Source of the DNA: a virus
Lineage: Duplodnaviria > Caudoviricetes
IMG/VR virus record: IMGVR_UViG_3300021431_000075
Location: 416,001-480,000 of that record
DNA: 64,000 nucleotides
Reading direction: 5' to 3' (one strand)
Every line of letters starts with the position of its first letter. The first letter of the stretch is position 1. The translations under genes and the position numbers were made by a program. Shown here piece after piece: positions 59,888 to 64,000 of the stretch. The notes beneath the pieces are model-generated. The model saw nothing but the letters and a program-made list of their open reading frames with translations. It did no database searches and was not told where the DNA came from.

Positions 59888-60370
59888 TCAGAACAGGGCA
59901 TCGCCTTGCCCGCTTTCTGTATTTTTTTCTATGATTAAAGTTCTGAATATCTCCTCAAGAACATTCACGACTATGCTGTTTCCTGCAAGTTTCATAAGAT
60001 GATTTTTTGAGATGTCAGAATTCACAAGAAGTTCAGTCTCTTGACTATTGAGTCCCATTAACTTGAAAAGTTCTGTTTCTGTCAATCTTCTCAAAGAGAC
60101 TTTCTTGACTACTTTCTTGTTGTCCACTTCTTCATATTTGATAGAGTCGATGACAAACAGAGATGATGGAGCGCATGTTATTGTCGGACATAGCATTCCG
60201 CCGCCTTGAACACGTCCGCGTCTCAACTTTGAGTTCGGATATGACATATCGAATATGCCGCCAACCGGACAGAAGATATATGCCTGCTTTGTTGACTGGT
60301 GAATGTTTAGCCCATCGCAATCCTTAGAAACAGTCTGAACACATCTTGTTTCATTTACTTCCTCAACCAT
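59888..60370 (-). CDS. C5 cytosine methyltransferase, C-terminal part (TRD and motifs IX-X)
   Basis: RRGRVQ...PTIT, RRLTETE.FKLMG, KLAGNSIVV. Confidence 0.8.
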   Translation of the reverse strand: MVEEVNETRCVQTVSKDCDGLNIHQSTKQAYIFCPVGGIFDMSYPNSKLRRGRVQGGGMLCPTITCAPSSLFVIDSIKYEEVDNKKVVKKVSLRRLTETELFKLMGLNSQETELLVNSDISKNHLMKLAGNSIVVNVLEEIFRTLIIEKNTESGQGDALF

Positions 60371-61260
60371 TAGAATAATGCGTTTTCGTTCTTGACAGGA
60401 ACGTAGCCTATTGTTTCTATAAGTTTTGCCTCGGTGTTTTCTGGTTCTTCAAGTTCTATCGAGTCCTCATCAACACCATACTGGTCTATGTTGTGCTCTT
60501 TTTCCTTGTCCTTGATGAGATGCTTATGCTCAGTGGTCTTTTCGTCAAAGTCTTCGCCTGTGTTGTAAAGCAGGTCAAGGAACTTCGGAATGACATCATC
60601 AGACAGATAGTATTCTTCAGGAACTCTGTCGCACAAGAAGTCCTCAATCTCTCTTTTGCGTTCAATCGGTTTTGGGAAGTAGTATTTAGGAGACTCGTCA
60701 ATCTCGTCTTTTCTGATAGAGACCATGAACACGCGTTCTCTTCCTTGAGGAATATCATAGTCGGCTGCATTCAGAACCTTGATGAAGCTGTTGTAACCGT
60801 AACTGTCTACGATTCGCTTCCAGCTCATCAATAGAGGATAGAACTTCTTGTCTGCATACAGGTTCTTTACGTTTTCAAGCAGACAGAATTTCGGACGCTT
60901 TTCCTCGATTGTTCTCTGGCATTCCCACAGCAATGATGAGCGTGTGCCGGAACCAGCCTCTCCGCCTCTCTGCTTGCCGCATATGCTGAAGTCTTGACAA
61001 GGGCTTGAATACGTGAACAAGTCAAAGTCCGGAACATTTTTCCAGTCAACCTTGCTTATGTCGCCAAGATTCTTGTCTGCTGCTTCTGGAAACACCGCAT
61101 TGTGGCTTGAAATCGCATATTCATCAATCTCGCTCCATCCGACAAGCTCGTAACTGAACCACGGATAGTTCTCGACAAGTCTGTCAAGAGCCATGCACTG
61201 GCTGTCATAGCCGCTGAATGCAGTGAAAACTCTTAAATGCAAATGCTTATTTTCATCCAT
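60370..61260 (-). CDS. C5 cytosine methyltransferase, N-terminal part (motifs I-VIII)
   Basis: FSGYD, GDI, SPCQDFS, ENV, Q.RER.F. Confidence 0.85.
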   Translation of the reverse strand: MDENKHLHLRVFTAFSGYDSQCMALDRLVENYPWFSYELVGWSEIDEYAISSHNAVFPEAADKNLGDISKVDWKNVPDFDLFTYSSPCQDFSICGKQRGGEAGSGTRSSLLWECQRTIEEKRPKFCLLENVKNLYADKKFYPLLMSWKRIVDSYGYNSFIKVLNAADYDIPQGRERVFMVSIRKDEIDESPKYYFPKPIERKREIEDFLCDRVPEEYYLSDDVIPKFLDLLYNTGEDFDEKTTEHKHLIKDKEKEHNIDQYGVDEDSIELEEPENTEAKLIETIGYVPVKNENALF

Positions 61261-61291
61261 TGTCTAAAATCGTTTCTTTCTTAACTGAAAA

Positions 61292-61320
61292 AGTATACTA
61301 TATAAATAACAGAAAGTTTA
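61292..61320 (-). promoter_or_regulatory. TAAACT-N16-GTATACT promoter
   Basis: Exact motif 31 nt before ATG 61260. Confidence 0.65.
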
Positions 61321-61382
61321 AAAAATGAGAGAATTTAGTTGAAAACAAACTCTCTCATCATCTCTAATTTGGACGCTTTCAA

Positions 61383-62261
61383 TTATTTTTTCAGAAGTTT
61401 GCGCTTCATAATTGCAAAGTTGACAACTTGGCTTAATATGTTCGAGTTGAACGCAAAGTTCTCTTTGTAAACTCTATAGTTCTTTCCGTTTACTGCATCT
61501 GGACCTTTTAATAGATTGCAGATGCATACAGAGATGTTTTCCGGCTTGTCTGTAATGTGATATGTGTTCAGCAAGTCGTTCTTGTAAGTGTGTACTTGGA
61601 ACGTGTACTTGCTCATGTCGCAGTCTTCCCAGTGGAATGCAGGTCCTTTCAACGTTTTGCCTCGGAATGACGAGCATTTGATTTCATCGGTCGTTTTCCA
61701 GTCCACAATCAGGAACTTGTCTGCGTTTCTGTTTTTCCAGAGGCAGTCAAGCCTGCCGACCACGATGTTCGCTTCTTCCATTCCGTCATCGAACGGCATC
61801 TGACTTTCTGAAAAGCTTTCGCCGTACAGTGTTAGTTCTCTTCCGATGAATTCGAAGTTGTATTTTGTTATATCTTCATAGAACTGGTCGAAACCGAGAC
61901 AAATGTTATATAGACGGCTGTCTGACTGGAAGTTGTTGTCAAGTTTCCAGATTTCCAGTTCATTGGTCCGGTTGTTCAAACGGAAGTCTGTATATTCATC
62001 AAGAAGCTTCCCGTATCTTTTCGATTCTTCCGCCTTTGCATTCCATTGCTGCAGAATCTCTTCCGCTGTCATGCCGGCATACTTGTATTTCGGGTCGTCC
62101 ATGCCTTTCTTTGCACATGCTTCTGCTTGCTGCTGTGCATTGAACGGCTCTGATATGTACTCTTCAATCTTTGATACAGAGATTATGTTTCTGTTTTCAA
62201 GATTCGAAAATTTTGCTTTGTTGATTTCATCAATCGTTCTGATGATTTCTTCTCTATTCAT
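61383..62261 (-). CDS. PD-(D/E)xK exonuclease (RecB/Cas4-like)
   Basis: RE, GRLDCL, IVDWKT, Y.FQ...Y. Confidence 0.75.
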   Translation of the reverse strand: MNREEIIRTIDEINKAKFSNLENRNIISVSKIEEYISEPFNAQQQAEACAKKGMDDPKYKYAGMTAEEILQQWNAKAEESKRYGKLLDEYTDFRLNNRTNELEIWKLDNNFQSDSRLYNICLGFDQFYEDITKYNFEFIGRELTLYGESFSESQMPFDDGMEEANIVVGRLDCLWKNRNADKFLIVDWKTTDEIKCSSFRGKTLKGPAFHWEDCDMSKYTFQVHTYKNDLLNTYHITDKPENISVCICNLLKGPDAVNGKNYRVYKENFAFNSNILSQVVNFAIMKRKLLKK

Positions 62262-62273
62262 TTCTATAATGGT

Positions 62274-63872
62274 TTAAGATGATAAATTAGCTCCTGCTTC
62301 TCTTTCTTCAAGAATCTTCTCATAGAAAGCAAGTTCAGTATCGACATCTTTTCTGTCGTTCTTTGCCTGTTTTCTTAAGTTATAATAATGTGTGAGGATG
62401 TTCGGAAGAATTGCCGGACCTTTCTTATAGACTGCTCCGCTTTTCATCTTGATTTCATCTTCTTTCGGAACATAGTCTCCGACTACGGTCTTGTCAGTTC
62501 CATCCGGGTTCTTGCCAATGACTTTCGTATCCTTGAACAAGAATTTTTCAGGAGAGACGCCGAACTGTCTGATGATTGACGGGTACAGGCTGGCAAAGTC
62601 AAGTCCGCCGATATATCTTACGATGCTCTTGTTCACCGGGAGAACCCAAGCACCTGCATATGACTCTTGAACTTCCGGAACCTCGTGCTTCATGCTCGGG
62701 ATGACCTTGTAGTCTTCATATATGAAGTTCGATATGACAGTTTCAACAGGATTGATTGTAGAGAAAGCATCATAAGCATTGATTCTCAATATACTGGCAA
62801 GCATGAACCATATCTTTGCAGTGTTCAGTTCTTTGTCTATCTGCTCCAGAATGATGCTGTCTATGCACTGGTAGAACACATAGTCCGCAAAGAAATCCCG
62901 ATAGCCGTCCTTGAATCCCCAAGAGTGCGCTTTCTTTCCGATGCCGAGAACTCTTTTTGCGATATAGTCGAGTTTGTAATTCTCACAATGTTCGACTGTC
63001 TGGTCCCAAGTCTTGAAAACAAGAAGATAGTCATATATCAACTTGTGCAAAGGAAGTTTCAGGTTGATGGTTGCTCCGCCGCTTCTCGGAGTTATTCTGA
63101 AAGTTGTCGTGTTGTGTGTCGGACTCAGTTTCTCAAAGTCGAGATTGTTCTGCAAGCACCTGTTTCGTATGTAGAGCATATCGAAGTTCAGAAAGTTCCA
63201 ACCTGCAATTGCAGCAACATCTTTGGAGAAGTCAAGAAAGTTGTCAAGCATTGAACGTTCGTCAGGAAAGTATCTGAACTGGAATTTGTATCCTTTCGTG
63301 ATGTCGCGCTTTGTCTCGTCTGTGCATAAGTCAGGGTCTTGAGAGTAGTTCTCTATCTGATCTTGTATCCAGTTCTTTTCACGTTCAGACAAGTCTTTTC
63401 TTGACCATACGATGACATCCGGAAACTTTGACATCGCAATCGTGTTAATCGGAGTCCTTGCTTCTTCCGGTTCAGGGAAGTCATCAACGACATCGACCTC
63501 AATATCGCAGAACCAAGTGTCCGGAACGTTCATCACGAACAAAGGATCTATGTAAGAGCCGAACGAACACAGAAGTTCATTGAGCCTGTTTTCCGGAAGA
63601 ACCTTGCATGGTTTTCTTGCAACCGGCTTGTCGTCATAGCTTTTCCATTGTACTTGCTTCTGTTTTCCGTCCTTATCGATTACCATGAACGGAGGATCAG
63701 CATATTTTGGCTTTGTGTATTTCCACTCGAACATTTGTTCTGGCGGAATCGTGTAGTTCAAGAAACCGATTTTCCCCTTGTCATTGACATAGCTGACGAT
63801 GAGTTTCTTTCCGGGTTGTCCGTTCGGTAGGGTTATGTCGATTTGTTCTTTGTGTATAATCATTTTTTTCAA
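62274..63872 (-). CDS. Family B DNA polymerase, N-terminal subunit (3'-5' exo and motif A)
   Basis: DIE, GWN..FD, Y...D exo motifs; YAGAWV; DFASLYPS; ends after RKQAK without motifs B and C. Confidence 0.85.
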   Translation of the reverse strand: MKKMIIHKEQIDITLPNGQPGKKLIVSYVNDKGKIGFLNYTIPPEQMFEWKYTKPKYADPPFMVIDKDGKQKQVQWKSYDDKPVARKPCKVLPENRLNELLCSFGSYIDPLFVMNVPDTWFCDIEVDVVDDFPEPEEARTPINTIAMSKFPDVIVWSRKDLSEREKNWIQDQIENYSQDPDLCTDETKRDITKGYKFQFRYFPDERSMLDNFLDFSKDVAAIAGWNFLNFDMLYIRNRCLQNNLDFEKLSPTHNTTTFRITPRSGGATINLKLPLHKLIYDYLLVFKTWDQTVEHCENYKLDYIAKRVLGIGKKAHSWGFKDGYRDFFADYVFYQCIDSIILEQIDKELNTAKIWFMLASILRINAYDAFSTINPVETVISNFIYEDYKVIPSMKHEVPEVQESYAGAWVLPVNKSIVRYIGGLDFASLYPSIIRQFGVSPEKFLFKDTKVIGKNPDGTDKTVVGDYVPKEDEIKMKSGAVYKKGPAILPNILTHYYNLRKQAKNDRKDVDTELAFYEKILEEREAGANLSS

Positions 63873-63900
63873 CCATTAGAAGATGAAAATCTTCATTTCA

Positions 63901-63929
63901 AGTATACATCCTAATCAGTATATAGTTTA
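63901..63929 (-). promoter_or_regulatory. TAAACT-N16-GTATACT promoter
   Basis: Exact motif 28 nt before polymerase start. Confidence 0.65.
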
Positions 63930-64000
63930 AATAAAAGCTATTGGTTTTGTTAAAATCAATAGCCTTTTTAAACTATTCAGATGGCGGCGTTTACGGTGTG

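Noticed and set aside
61383-62261. CRISPR-Cas locus (Cas4-like gene)
   Set aside because: No array or other cas genes, and no clear Cas4 four-Cys pattern
848-63830. Numerous antisense and overlapping ORFs in the track
   Set aside because: Shadows of real genes on the opposite strand, with no motifs or promoters
1-64000. Apparent abundance of CCGG and scarcity of CTAG
   Set aside because: Impression only, not counted; explainable by codon usage and common CTAG avoidance. It needs a Markov-corrected k-mer count.

Overview
This window is a 64-kb segment of a large T4-related jumbo bacteriophage genome read in the standard genetic code. Bacteroidota-type TAnnTTTG promoters and a Prevotella/Bacteroides-style secreted protein point to a Bacteroidota host. 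T4-like core genes: RNA ligase, gp4-like head-completion nuclease, gp2-like end protector, RuvC-like resolvase, gp52-like topoisomerase subunit, gp55-like late sigma, gp53-like baseplate protein, UvsY-like protein, the N-terminal half of a split family-B DNA polymerase, and an S74-chaperone tail fibre. Accessory genes: DnaK/DnaJ/GrpE, ClpP, thymidine kinase, TelA, an FNT channel, GT10 and GT31-like glycosyltransferases, a type IIG-like R-M fusion, a split C5 methyltransferase, a SET-like protein and a PRTase pseudogene. The intergenic DNA shows four promoter classes: host sigmaA TAnnTTTG, a recurring TAAACT-N16-GTATAC motif, a sigma54 promoter with enhancer palindrome before dnaK, and late ATAAATA. 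It also holds a ~145-nt multi-helix RNA candidate at 26.7-26.9 kb and two distant non-coding elements sharing an exact 22-mer. No tRNA, rRNA, CRISPR array or transposase was seen. All product calls come from motif recognition by eye; no searches were run.
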